Source of the DNA: Pyrodictium abyssi
GTDB lineage: Archaea; Thermoproteota; Thermoprotei_A; Sulfolobales; Pyrodictiaceae
Length of the DNA stretch: 32,000 bases
Reading direction: 5' to 3'
NCBI RefSeq assembly: GCF_036323395.1
Contig: NZ_AP028907.1
Coordinates: 1,230,001 to 1,262,000 of the forward strand
A model generated the notes under the pieces. The model saw only the letters and a list, made by a program, of their open reading frames with translations. It did not search any database and was not told the DNA's origin. The position numbers were made by a program, and so were the translations under genes. Positions 9,612 through 18,553 of the stretch are shown here, one piece after another (the stretch's first letter is position 1; every line of letters starts with the position of its first letter).

Positions 9612-9968
9612 GTGAAAAGTAAAGCTAGTAGCACCATTACTGCCAGGTCTTCGTCGTACAAGCTCGCTATAGAAATCCTAAGGGAGGTTCTAAGGAAAGC
9701 AAAGGTCTATCTCCATACGATAGAGCGGAATAAAACTTGGAGAGCGAACATACTCTCATCCGAGCTTAATACTGCGCTTATACTCGACTCGACAATAGTT
9801 AACGACACTACACTAGTTGATTTTATGGTTGCAACTAGAAACCTTACAACCTCAGCGAGCAAGATCTGCGACAACATCTACAGTGTATCAATCATCGTGA
9901 ACCCGGGTAGAGACATAAGGACCTCCAAGGGCGTGTACCTAATACTGATACCAGCAAGCAAACCATAG
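9612..9968 (+). CDS. Hypothetical orphan protein inside an AT-rich island
   Basis: This is the only ORF over 60 aa in the roughly 42% GC stretch 9390..10110. GTG start, Ser/Thr/Asn/Ile-rich, no recognisable motif. An open frame of 118 codons in AT-rich DNA is mildly significant, and nothing else supports it. Confidence 0.25.
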   Translation: MKSKASSTITARSSSYKLAIEILREVLRKAKVYLHTIERNKTWRANILSSELNTALILDSTIVNDTTLVDFMVATRNLTTSASKICDNIYSVSIIVNPGRDIRTSKGVYLILIPASKP

Positions 9969-10078
9969 CTTTGTTGCACCATATAGAGAGCGATACGCCC
10001 CTAAGTTGTTGCCCCAAGCGTCTGGGCGAACAATAAGGTATGTGTAGATTCTCTACCTAGTTGTCCTGGTTGTCCTGA

Positions 10079-10101
10079 AACCTTGAAACATCATCAAGGT
10101 T
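10079..10101. repeat. Perfect 8-bp inverted repeat AACCTTGA-N7-TCAAGGTT, preceded by tandem 9-mers TTGTCCTGG/TTGTCCTGA (10061-10078)
   Basis: Read directly from the sequence. It lies at the boundary between the AT-rich island and the 3' end of the DUF89 pseudogene. Function is unknown; a terminator or recombination site are possibilities. Confidence 0.5.
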
Positions 10102-10190
10102 GTGGTGCAGGTGATGCGCCCTAGCCTTCGGGCCACGGGGTCTGCGGACCGTCGCCACATATCCGTAAAATTCTGTAGAGGCTTGATGAG

Positions 10191-11060
10191 TTATCCACGC
10201 TTGATGACTATGTCGCCTACCTTGACCCCTAGGTCCTCAGCCACTACCGGGCACTTGGCCATTGAGAGGAAGTATATTCCCTCCACGCTGCTTAGATCCT
10301 CGTAGTTTCCTTGCCCCTTGGCTACTGCTAGGTCGTGGCTCCTTATCCACGAGAGTACTTCTGGCGAGTAGCGCTCGGGCCATGTGCCGGGCTTCCCGCT
10401 CGAGACCCTCTTGAACTCTATGTTCGGCAGCCGGTCTAGCCCTCACGTAGAGTGCGTCCTCTATCGTGGCGTTGTTGATTATTGAGCCTTCCTTGACGAC
10501 GAAGGATATTTTCTTGAAGGGTCTTCCTCTGGCCCGGATCATCTCCTCTATTATGAGCTTGTCGAGGACTGTCTCTCCCGCGTTGTCGGCGAAGTATAGG
10601 AGGGTTTCCGCGCTCTGTACCTCCTCTCTCAGCCTGCTATAGTCGTCTATGGCTGGCTTCTGCTTCATGACCTTCTCGATAGTGGCTCTAAGGTCGTAGG
10701 TCTCGACAGCGGCGAAGTCGATTATGTTACCCGCTATAGCCGCCTTAACGGCAGCCCTTAGCGGGTCCTCGTGCCGGGCTATCATGGATTTAACCTCGTC
10801 CACTATTGCCGGGGCCTCATCGTTGCTCGCCTTCTTGAGCTCCCTATACGGGTCGAGGACGCCCGTTAGCTCCTCGACTAGCCCAGCGACCCCGAGGCCC
10901 TAACAAGCTGCGGCGGAGTGCCAGCCCATCCTATCTCGGTTAGATGGCGCATCACCCTACGTAGCACTTCCTCCTGTACCCGGGGGTCGTCCGTCGCTAG
11001 TCTAGCCGCTCTAAGCGCCTGCCTAGCTATACACACTACACAGTCCAGCCGGAGCTTCAT
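10191..11060 (-). pseudogene. DUF89 (ARMT1-like damage-control phosphatase) gene interrupted by two compensating frameshifts
   Basis: N-terminus MKLRLDCVVCIARQALRAARL...GTPPQL is in the frame of ORF 10878..11129. The middle part GLVEELTGVLDPYRELKK...AIAGNIIDFAA...LLYFADNAGETVLDKL...NNATIEDA is in ORF 10237..10803. The C-terminus, which I translated by hand, is GLDRLPNIEFKRVSSGKPG...HDLAVAKGQGNYEDLSSVEGIYFLSMAKCPVVAEDLGVKVGDIVIKRG with its stop at 10191-10193, and it returns to the N-terminal frame. Frame breaks lie near 10900 and 10445. Confidence 0.75.
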
Positions 11061-11189
11061 ACAGTACCAGCCACGGGTAGGGCGCCACACCATGCCACAA
11101 GGATATAAGCAATCCAACACCAGAGGCATAGAGCCCCGGTGAGCCTTATACCCGGTAGTAATGGCTAGGTGACTTATTGTAGATCCCTG

Positions 11190-11623
11190 CTACGGGATGA
11201 CTCTAAGCCACGGGATACGCTCAAAGTCCCGGTCAAGCGTCGCCATAGTGTCTATCCCTTGGTACTTACATGTCAATGCGATTATAGAGTCTGCGAGCAT
11301 GAGGCCGTACCTTTCGGTGACCTCGATTATCTCACGAGGCTCCGACGTTATAGGCAGGGCTATGAACAGCCCCAGTATGGGTTCTACTTCGTTTCTTATC
11401 AGCGTGATGAGCTTCTCGTCTCTTTTGCAAGCAGCTGTCTTATTCTCTTCGAGCTAAGCCCGGTGGCTAGTCTTAGATAGCCATAGATAACCTCATTCAC
11501 TACTATGGCGTTAATGTAGCCGGTAATAGCGTGGTCTTCAACCTTCTCGATAATCCTGTAGGCCCGCTGGTCCTGGCCTGCCAGGAAAGCCAAGATCACA
11601 CTAGAATCCACGAATATCCTCAT
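11190..11623 (-). pseudogene. vapC: PIN-domain VapC-type toxin with one frameshift
   Basis: N-terminus MRIFVDSSVILAFL (first catalytic Asp) is in ORF 11399..11623. The C-terminal half, translated by hand in another frame, is EKLITLIRNEVEPILGLF...YGLMLADSIIALTCKYQGIDTMATLDRDFERIPWLRVIP, with its stop at 11190-11192. The frame break lies near 11410-11440, and the span is not a multiple of 3. Confidence 0.75.
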
Positions 11624-11825
11624 TCTCTATCTCCTCAATAACCTCCAGGAACTCGCTCCTTGTCAGCTTTGGTCTATGCTTCCTCACAATACCGTAGAAC
11701 TTCTGGGCGAGGGAGCCTTCGCCGGCCTTTAGGACAATCACCACCTCCTCTCCTTCCTTCATCTCCAATGGTTCTAGTGGTTTGAGCACACCGTTCTCAT
11801 ACCTTGCTCTTATGACTCTGGGCAA
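11601..11825 (-). CDS. DUF104 (AF2212-like) antitoxin partner of the PIN gene
   Basis: 74 aa. IRARYENGVLKPLEPLEMKEGEEVVIVL is the characteristic DUF104 block. It overlaps the PIN start by 23 nt. Confidence 0.8.
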   Translation of the reverse strand: MPRVIRARYENGVLKPLEPLEMKEGEEVVIVLKAGEGSLAQKFYGIVRKHRPKLTRSEFLEVIEEIENEDIRGF

Positions 11826-12865
11826 CTCAACCCCCTCCTAAAGGTAGACGTTCTAGCCACTTAGCCTTTCCCCGCTAGAACCACCTACGCGCCACCAAAC
11901 GGTAACCATGCACGAAAACGCGCCCCAGTCCAGCGGCGCCAGACACAGGTAGGGGGCCTTTTGCCGCCCCGGCCCGGGGGCTCTATCCTGGCGCCTTCCC
12001 GTCAAGGGCTGTATGGCTGGGCTCGTACAGCGCCACCGTGTAGGTAATGGTCCCGCAGGGGCCTTCGAAGTAGCGGCGGACCACCATAGGCAGGTCGCCG
12101 CCCGGCTTTATGGGGTCGAGATGCCCGATAGACCATTCTTAGACGACATATAGTCATTACTATTTACTAGCACGACTTTTATACCTACAATCGCCATAGC
12201 CGCTATCGCTGCTAGGAGTATTACTGCACGACCACCACTACTATTACGTAGTACTCGTTCCACAACATCACCACCATATACGATGATTCTATACGTATAT
12301 ACTCAGTGAGAGTCCAAACTAACCTAGAAGCTGAAAAGCTGTTCCAGCTAGTAGATGAGCTACCCAATATTCTTCTTCATAAGATCAGATGCTAGCCGGC
12401 CCAAACACTGGCTGCTACATGTGTAGCAAGCTGCTAGCCCTTCTCTCCGACTATCTTTGCGTCCATGCGTCCCTTGGCGTATACCCAGTCTCCTACCCGG
12501 AGCTCCCTCCTCGGGTCTCCTCTTACTGATGGCCAGTTCGCTACGAGCACTATCCCGCAGTCGAACACTATCCAGTGCCTCTTCTCCGCTCTCCGCCGGG
12601 GCGTCCTCCACGATGTCAACTACCTGCCCGAGGCAGGCATAGCTCGGGGCAGCGGGTACCTTGTCACCTGCTTAATGAACTTCTCAGGGACATTAGCCCT
12701 GCCCATGTAGAAGGTCATTACTTCATCTAGAGCCTGCCCATGGCCGCGGAGACGCCGTCACGGCCGTGCCCACGGCTTGCCGAGGGAACCACTATGCATC
12801 GGGCCCGGCTGGTACAGGTGCATGGAGGGGCTAGGCGGGGGTGACAATGCAGCCCCCGGGAGGCT

Positions 12866-14236
12866 CTAGGCCTCATGTTGTGTGCTGGTTGCTGCCTTCT
12901 TTACGCAGCCTATCGCGGTCTCTGCTAGCTCTTGCGGCCCGAGTGCTTCGAGGCCTGGGGGTGGCGGTGACTCTATGCCGCCTAGGCAGGCTATGCCCAC
13001 TCTTCGGGCGCCTATGGCTTCTGCGCGCTGGAGAACGGTCTTCATGTCGCTTTGGCTGCATGGGCCGAGCTTGACCTCGTAGGCTGCTATGGCTCTGCGG
13101 CCCCCGTGGTCGAGTACCACGACGTCTACGTCGCCTTGGCCGTCTGGCAGGATTGTGTAGGCTTGTAGGCCTCCGTGGTGCTCGGCGAGTAGCTCGCCCA
13201 GCGTGAACTGTAGTTCTCTCGCGTAGAGGCTGCGGGTGGCGTCGAGGAGGAGTTCTGGATCGCGGTGTGGGTGCTCGTCTACGCCGTAGATCTCGGCCAG
13301 CCCGTAGACTATAGCTAGTAGTGGCGAGGAGTGGCGGTAGTAGACGCGGGCGCCCCGTGTGCGCCAGAGCCGGGTCTTGGCTACTAGCCCTATCTCGGAT
13401 AGCCGGTCGAGGAGCCCCGTAGCCGGGCCTGCTCCGGGGCTGGAGAGGAGGCCCCGCTGGTATAGGAGGCCTGCTAGCTTCGCGCTGCTCCATACCCCGG
13501 CTGCTAGTAGGCGGAGGGCTGCCTCGTAGAGTCTTGTTAGCCGTCTCTCCTCCTCCTCGAAGACCTCTCCTATGAGCCCCCGCGCCATTTGCGCCAACAT
13601 GTAGGCGTTGCCAGCAATGAAGCGCCAGGGCTCGCCCTCGAGCCCCGGGGCCAGTGGCAGGAGCCAGGGCTCTCGCAGCACGACGCCCCATAGCAGGGCG
13701 TGGCGAGGCCCAAGCCGGGGTAGAAGCGACGAGACCACGTCGGCGTAGCGTAGCGGGTCTACGCGGAGGGGTAGCACTAGGCCTAGTAGGGGGCTGCGGC
13801 GGTCGAATACGCGATTCGCGACCCCGAGGCTAGAGGCTACGAGGACAAGCCTGCCCTCGGGGTGGCGTGTGGCTAGTAGGTCCCAGTAGCGCTCCGGTAG
13901 CCGCTGGAACTCGTCGACAACCACTACACCGTCCTCGGCTAGCAGCTCCACAGCCCTAGACATGGCCTCCCCTATCTCGGTGACCGTAGGCTTCTTCCCG
14001 GGCTCCTCCACTACCGCTGATAGGTCGCGCGTCACAGTCACGTAGAGCCGCCATGGGAGGAGCAGGCGTGCCATGAAGCTCTTCCCGGTCTTCCTACGCC
14101 CGTAGACCAGGAGCCAGCCGCTGCGGCGCTTCAGCTCGAGGAACTCGCGCCGCCATAGTACATGTGTCTCCTCCAACGCTTCTGCCCGGTATACCCGCTG
14201 GAATATACCCGCGAGTATATACCCACCGGAATGCAC
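12866..14236 (-). CDS. Archaeal AAA+ ATPase (COG1672 / Arch_ATPase) with C-terminal DUF234 nuclease-like domain
   Basis: Walker A LLVYGRRKTGKSFM and Walker B VVVVDEFQRL. The C-terminal block GDVDVVVLD...AYEVKLG is typical of the DUF234 restriction-endonuclease-like module. Confidence 0.85.
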   Translation of the reverse strand: MHSGGYILAGIFQRVYRAEALEETHVLWRREFLELKRRSGWLLVYGRRKTGKSFMARLLLPWRLYVTVTRDLSAVVEEPGKKPTVTEIGEAMSRAVELLAEDGVVVVDEFQRLPERYWDLLATRHPEGRLVLVASSLGVANRVFDRRSPLLGLVLPLRVDPLRYADVVSSLLPRLGPRHALLWGVVLREPWLLPLAPGLEGEPWRFIAGNAYMLAQMARGLIGEVFEEEERRLTRLYEAALRLLAAGVWSSAKLAGLLYQRGLLSSPGAGPATGLLDRLSEIGLVAKTRLWRTRGARVYYRHSSPLLAIVYGLAEIYGVDEHPHRDPELLLDATRSLYARELQFTLGELLAEHHGGLQAYTILPDGQGDVDVVVLDHGGRRAIAAYEVKLGPCSQSDMKTVLQRAEAIGARRVGIACLGGIESPPPPGLEALGPQELAETAIGCVKKAATSTQHEA

Positions 14237-14490
14237 GGGGCACGGCCACGATAAGGGGTGGCTAGCCTTGTTGGGACGCGTCTAGGGGGCACGCCCATGG
14301 ACAGCTGGAGCCGGCGACTATGCTCCCCGGGTCCGGGGCAATGGTTTATGCTTGGCTTATGCTTGCAGCCGGCCTCCCCCGGGGCTACCCGTAGGGCGGG
14401 GTGGAGCCGTTAGGAGCTGGAGGGCGAGGCCCCATGGGCTGGCAGAACATAGTCAGCTAGGAGACGTCAATAAGGATAGCCCAGACTTCG

Positions 14491-14498
14491 AAGAAAAA
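14491..14498 (-). terminator. Oligo-T tract (TTTTTCTT on the minus strand) about 30 nt downstream of the purT stop
   Basis: The plus strand reads AAGAAAAA at 14491-14498. Archaeal RNAP terminates at oligo-T runs, and this is the only such run after the last operon gene. Confidence 0.3.
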
Positions 14499-14528
14499 CG
14501 GTGAGGTGAGCATATAGGTAGGATTGTT

Positions 14529-15749
14529 TTAGGTGTGGCTGCGTGGGAGTATCTTTAGCTTCTCTGCTGCCCGTCTGGCCTTGGCGCGGGCTTCCTCGGG
14601 TGTCTCGGCACGGGCTAGTACTACTGCCATGCGGCGGCCCCGGTAGGTTCTGGGCTTGCCGAACCAGCGCAGCTCTACGCCCGGCTCGGCTAGGGCCTGG
14701 TAGGCGCCGCTGAGCACGGGGTACCACTCGCCGTCGAGGTTTGTGTATACTGCTATGCTGGCTGCGGGGGTTAGGACACTGGGCCTGGGGACGGGTAGGC
14801 CTACTGCTGCGCGTACGTGGGCTTGGAACTCGCTGATGTCCTGGCTGGCTAGGGTGACTAGGCCTGTGTCGTGGGGCCTGGGCGCCACTTCGCTGAAGAG
14901 GAGCCGGCCGTCCCTAGTCTGTAGGAGCTCGACGCCGAATACCCCGACGCCGCCTAGGGCCTCTGCTACCCGTGCTGCTATCTCGCGGGCCCGGTGGAGC
15001 AGGCCCGTGGGCCTGGTGCTGGGCTGCCAGGACTCTATGTAGTGGTACTCGCCGTACCTCCAGTGCTCGACCGGCTCCATAGCGTCTGTTCTCGCCTTGT
15101 CGCCGTCGAGCCACCGGTAGGCGAGGACAGTGTACTCTGTCTCTAGCTCAACGTACTCCTCCACTATGACGCGGCGGCTCGCACCCCGGGCGTGGCTTAT
15201 CGACTCCATGTAGGCCTTCTCGACAGCCTGGCGGCTAGGCTCCGCGACCTTTACGTGGCCGTGGCCGCTACTGCTCATCTCGGGCTTGATTAGGCAGGGG
15301 TAGCCGACCTTCTCGCAGGCCTCGTAGGCCTCCTCAGGCGTCTCGGCGAAGGCATACCTTGTGGTGGGTAGGCCTAGCTCCTCGGCCGCCCAGCGCCGCA
15401 GCTCTATACGGTTCATCGCTATCCTGACTGCCCGCGCGTTGGGCACCACGTGGTAGCCCTTCTCCTCGAGCCTCTCCAGCGCCTCGGTGTTGATGGCCTC
15501 TATCTCGGGTACCACCGCTACCGGGTTCTCGCGCTCCACGATGGCCTCCACTGCGCCCGCGTCGAGCATGTCCACGACGTAGCGGCGGTGGGCTACGTGC
15601 ATCGCTGGGGCCCAGTCGTAGCGGTCGACAACGACCACCTCTAGGCCGAGCCGCTGCGCCTCTATCGCTACCTCCTTGCCTAGCTCGCCGCCGCCTAGTA
15701 GGAGCACCTTGGCTGCTCCGGGGCCCAGAGGGCTGGGTATGGAGTCCAT
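14529..15749 (-). CDS. purT: Formate-dependent phosphoribosylglycinamide formyltransferase (GAR transformylase 2)
   Basis: KVLLLGGGELGKEVAIEAQRLGLEVVVVDRY, ATP-grasp blocks and PEMSSSGHGHV. The track ORF extends to 16001, but that part overlaps purD and is Arg/Pro-rich. The start is therefore placed at ATG 15749 (MDSIPSPLGPGAAKVLLLGGG), giving 406 aa. Confidence 0.9.
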   Translation of the reverse strand: MDSIPSPLGPGAAKVLLLGGGELGKEVAIEAQRLGLEVVVVDRYDWAPAMHVAHRRYVVDMLDAGAVEAIVERENPVAVVPEIEAINTEALERLEEKGYHVVPNARAVRIAMNRIELRRWAAEELGLPTTRYAFAETPEEAYEACEKVGYPCLIKPEMSSSGHGHVKVAEPSRQAVEKAYMESISHARGASRRVIVEEYVELETEYTVLAYRWLDGDKARTDAMEPVEHWRYGEYHYIESWQPSTRPTGLLHRAREIAARVAEALGGVGVFGVELLQTRDGRLLFSEVAPRPHDTGLVTLASQDISEFQAHVRAAVGLPVPRPSVLTPAASIAVYTNLDGEWYPVLSGAYQALAEPGVELRWFGKPRTYRGRRMAVVLARAETPEEARAKARRAAEKLKILPRSHT

Positions 15750-15844
15750 CCTAGGGGGTATACCCACCGCTATGCACCCCGCCAGGGGCCGGCCTTGGAT
15801 CATACAGAGGGCACATACATGGGGTCTGAAAGAAACGTGCAGGC

Positions 15845-17350
15845 CTAGCTGTAGTCGTGGACTATTAGGCCGCGGCCGGGTATCCAGTCGTAGATCCTGG
15901 TCTCGCCTCGGGCGCGGCGCCTCGTGTAGGCCTTCCTCACGCGCTCGGCTAGCGCCACGCGGCTCTCTATGTGGCTCCTCTGGCCTATGTCGCGGCGCCA
16001 TACGAGGGGGTGGCCGTCGAGAAGCCTCACCGCCTCCGCCGCGCGCTGGGCCCTGGCGGCTGCGTCCTCGTAGCCCTGGCTGCTCCAGCAGACTATCTCC
16101 ACGAGACGGGAGCCCGTGGAGACGAGGCCGCGGGGGCCCTGGTCTACCCCGGCGTAGAGTAGCCTGCAGCCCTGGCGCTCGACAGCGTCTCTGTCTACGG
16201 CCACCGGGTGACCCCGGGCTAGGGCCCGGTTGTTGGGGTAGCCTGCGGGTGCTAGCGCGATGTTGACCACGTAGACGTCGTTGTCTACCTCTAGCCGGTA
16301 GCCGGCTAGCCTGCCCGAGGCTGCGCGGTCCAGCAGCTCTAGGAAGTCGCTCCGCAGCATGGGGAGCAGGTTGCCGGTCTCGGGGTCGCCAAACCTGGCG
16401 TAGTACTCTATGACCGTGGGGCCCCAGAGGCTGGTGAGCATCATCTGGCCGCTAATGGTGCCGCGGTAGGGCTCCCCGGTCTCCCGCCGGAGGGCCTCCA
16501 CGGTCTTCTCGAGTACCTCGACTGTCTCCCGGTACTCGCCGAGCTCGAGGAAGGGAGGCACAACGCCGGGCCCGCTGACCGCGCCCATTCCCCCAGTCTC
16601 GGGGCCGAGGTCCCAGCTGAAGAGGTGGGGGTGGTCCTGTACCACTGGCAGCGGCACCAGCGTGGAGCCGTCAGTGACCGCCATCACGGTGTACTCTACG
16701 CCCTCAACCCTCTCCTCGACTATAACCGAGTAGTCTATGTCGCTGTACTTCTCCCGCACCTCGCGGGCCAGCTTCTCCGCGTAGCTCCCCGCCGCCCCGC
16801 GCACCGCTGCCCCAAGGTGCTCCATGGGCTCCGCGAAGACGCGTACGCCGCGGCCGCCAGCCTGCCGGGCAGGCTTGACCACCACGTCGCCCGCTGCGCG
16901 GGCGTACTCCGAGGCCTCCTCGGGGTCCGTGAAGACCTGGTAGCGTAGCCGCCCCGGGATACGGTAGCGCCACATGAGCCCGCGGGCATAGGCCTTGTCC
17001 TTCTCTATCCGGGCCTGTGCCCTGCCGGGGCCGTAGACTGTGAAGCCCTTCTCCCGGAGCGCGTCCGCGACGCCCGCGAAGAGGGGCTCCTCGGGGCCTA
17101 TGACCACGAGGTCTGGGCTCCAGTCCTCGGCCGCCTGGAGGGCGTCGCCGGGGCTAGTGGGCTTGCCGGGGTAGAACCTTCCCCCGGTGTTCTCGGCGGC
17201 TTCTACTAGGCCTGGGTTCCTCTTGTCGCTTAGCACCGCTATGCGGGGCTCCATGCTGCTGCCCGCTATGAGCAGTGCGAGGGCGTGTTCGCGGCCGCCG
17301 CTGCCCAGTAGGAGCACCTTCACTCCCGGCTCACCTCCTCCAGCATGCAC
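15845..17350 (-). CDS. purD: Phosphoribosylamine-glycine ligase (GAR synthetase)
   Basis: VKVLLLGSGGREHALA N-terminal block and ATP-grasp core. GTG at 17350 opens the frame. GTG 17323 overlaps the TGA stop of the upstream purF paralogue as GTGA and is the more likely coupled start. Confidence 0.9.
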   Translation of the reverse strand: MHAGGGEPGVKVLLLGSGGREHALALLIAGSSMEPRIAVLSDKRNPGLVEAAENTGGRFYPGKPTSPGDALQAAEDWSPDLVVIGPEEPLFAGVADALREKGFTVYGPGRAQARIEKDKAYARGLMWRYRIPGRLRYQVFTDPEEASEYARAAGDVVVKPARQAGGRGVRVFAEPMEHLGAAVRGAAGSYAEKLAREVREKYSDIDYSVIVEERVEGVEYTVMAVTDGSTLVPLPVVQDHPHLFSWDLGPETGGMGAVSGPGVVPPFLELGEYRETVEVLEKTVEALRRETGEPYRGTISGQMMLTSLWGPTVIEYYARFGDPETGNLLPMLRSDFLELLDRAASGRLAGYRLEVDNDVYVVNIALAPAGYPNNRALARGHPVAVDRDAVERQGCRLLYAGVDQGPRGLVSTGSRLVEIVCWSSQGYEDAAARAQRAAEAVRLLDGHPLVWRRDIGQRSHIESRVALAERVRKAYTRRRARGETRIYDWIPGRGLIVHDYS

Positions 17351-18543
17351 GCCGTGCAGGGGTCTATGCCGTGGCTCTTGAGGTAGGAGACGGCCTCGCC
17401 TAGGGGGAGCCAGGCTAGGCTATCCACGTCGAGGACGCGCTCTATCGCATCGTCGCTTAGCTGGCGGGCTATCAGGCTGCCTGGCTCTAGGAGCTGGACG
17501 CGGTGGGGGCACGTGGCTACTATCTTGGGGCTCGAGACTGCTACGTGCAGCTCGCGGGGGGCCTGGCTACGCCACAGCCTGTGGATGAAGGTCTTCAGCG
17601 TGAGCCCGGTAACCACGCTATCGTCGACTACCGCTACCCGTCTCCCCTCGAAGACGCCGGGCACGGGGTTGAACTTGAGGCTGAGCATCATCAGCCTCTC
17701 CTCCAGCGACGCCTGGGCTATGGCGGTTCTCACACGGCCTATCGTGGAGACTAGCGCCAGCTCCATGGGGGCCTGCTTCTCCTCGGCGTAGCCTAGGGCG
17801 TAGGGGAGCGCGGTCTCCGGTACCCCTACCACGACGTCTACCTCCACGGGGTGGCTGCGGGCGAGCCGCCGGCCCATCTCCCGGCGGAACAGGTACACGT
17901 TCACGCCGTCCACGAGGCTGTCTGGGCGCGCCAGGTAGATGTACTCGAAGAGCGAGGTGGCGCGGCGGCCCCTGCCGGCGCTGTAGGTGTCGAGCGTGTA
18001 GCGGTCCCCGTAGACAGCCTCGCCCGGCTCGAGGTCGCGGCGGGGCTCCCCGCCCATCAGGGTTATGGGCGCTGTCTCCGTGGCGGCGTAGACTGCGTCG
18101 AACCCGTAGCCGCCTAGGCTGAGGGGCCGTACCCCGCTCCTCCCCCGGTACAGCACGTAGCCGCCGCTGCCTGTCAGCGCCGCTACCGTGCAGCCGTCGA
18201 ACCTGGTGCTAGAGGCCAGCGCCTCGGCTGCCTCGCGGGGGCTCCCAGCGGCCTCCACCAGCCTCAGTGCCTCCGCTGCGCTGCATGCACCGTCCACGGC
18301 CACGGCTGCGCTGCGTGAGGCGGCGAGGCTCCCAGTGGGCTCCACTGCCGCTAGTACCGCGCTGCCCTCGGGTAGGCTCCAGCCGTTGCTCCACGGGTTG
18401 AGCCTTCCCTGCTCTAGCCCGTCGCCGCGTAGAACCGCGTAGGAGACCCTTGGCCCGCGGTGCCGCAGCCCCATGACGCCGTAGCGGGCGTAGAGGCCGG
18501 CTGGCTGGTCTGGCTCGTAGAAGTAGACTAGCAGTACGCCCAT
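17320..18543 (-). CDS. Amidophosphoribosyltransferase paralogue with a degenerate glutaminase domain
   Basis: Collinear with PurF. It retains FEYIYLARPDS and the PRPP loop RRVAVVDDSVVTGLTLK. It begins MGVLLVYF, so there is no Cys after Met, and it lacks the NGN oxyanion block. Start placed at ATG 18543, 10 nt after the purF stop; the longer track ORF would overlap purF by 98 nt. Confidence 0.8.
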   Translation of the reverse strand: MGVLLVYFYEPDQPAGLYARYGVMGLRHRGPRVSYAVLRGDGLEQGRLNPWSNGWSLPEGSAVLAAVEPTGSLAASRSAAVAVDGACSAAEALRLVEAAGSPREAAEALASSTRFDGCTVAALTGSGGYVLYRGRSGVRPLSLGGYGFDAVYAATETAPITLMGGEPRRDLEPGEAVYGDRYTLDTYSAGRGRRATSLFEYIYLARPDSLVDGVNVYLFRREMGRRLARSHPVEVDVVVGVPETALPYALGYAEEKQAPMELALVSTIGRVRTAIAQASLEERLMMLSLKFNPVPGVFEGRRVAVVDDSVVTGLTLKTFIHRLWRSQAPRELHVAVSSPKIVATCPHRVQLLEPGSLIARQLSDDAIERVLDVDSLAWLPLGEAVSYLKSHGIDPCTACMLEEVSRE

Positions 18544-18553
18544 GCCGTATGGC

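Noticed and set aside
10181-10207. Duplicated GCTTGATGA (10181-10189 and 10199-10207) resembling C boxes of a C/D sRNA
   Set aside because: There is no CTGA D or D' box at the expected spacing and no terminal stem. The repeats lie across the stop-codon region of the DUF89 pseudogene.
11983-12263. Two short minus-strand frames that could be joined into a roughly 95-aa membrane-anchored protein (GTG 12263 ...RAVILLAAIAAMAIVGIKVV... then ...HLDPIKPGGDLPMVVRRYFEGPCGTITYTVALYEPSH, stop at 11983-11985)
   Set aside because: The frame break coincides with an abrupt AT-rich to GC-rich switch at about 12120. The halves are therefore more likely unrelated fragments at an insertion junction than one gene.
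12873-13691. 272-aa ORF overlapping the DUF234 ATPase. Similar ORFs are 26361..27095(+), 28207..28794(-), 21635..22210(+), 15676..16266(+) and 5474..5863(+)
   Set aside because: All are Arg/Pro/Ser/Gly-rich, low-complexity alternative-frame or antisense readings of genes that have strong motif support. They are treated as non-coding shadows.
15750-16001. 84-aa N-terminal extension of the purT ORF overlapping the 3' end of purD
   Set aside because: The extension is Arg/Pro-rich and overlaps purD by more than 150 nt. The canonical PurT N-terminus starts at ATG 15749.
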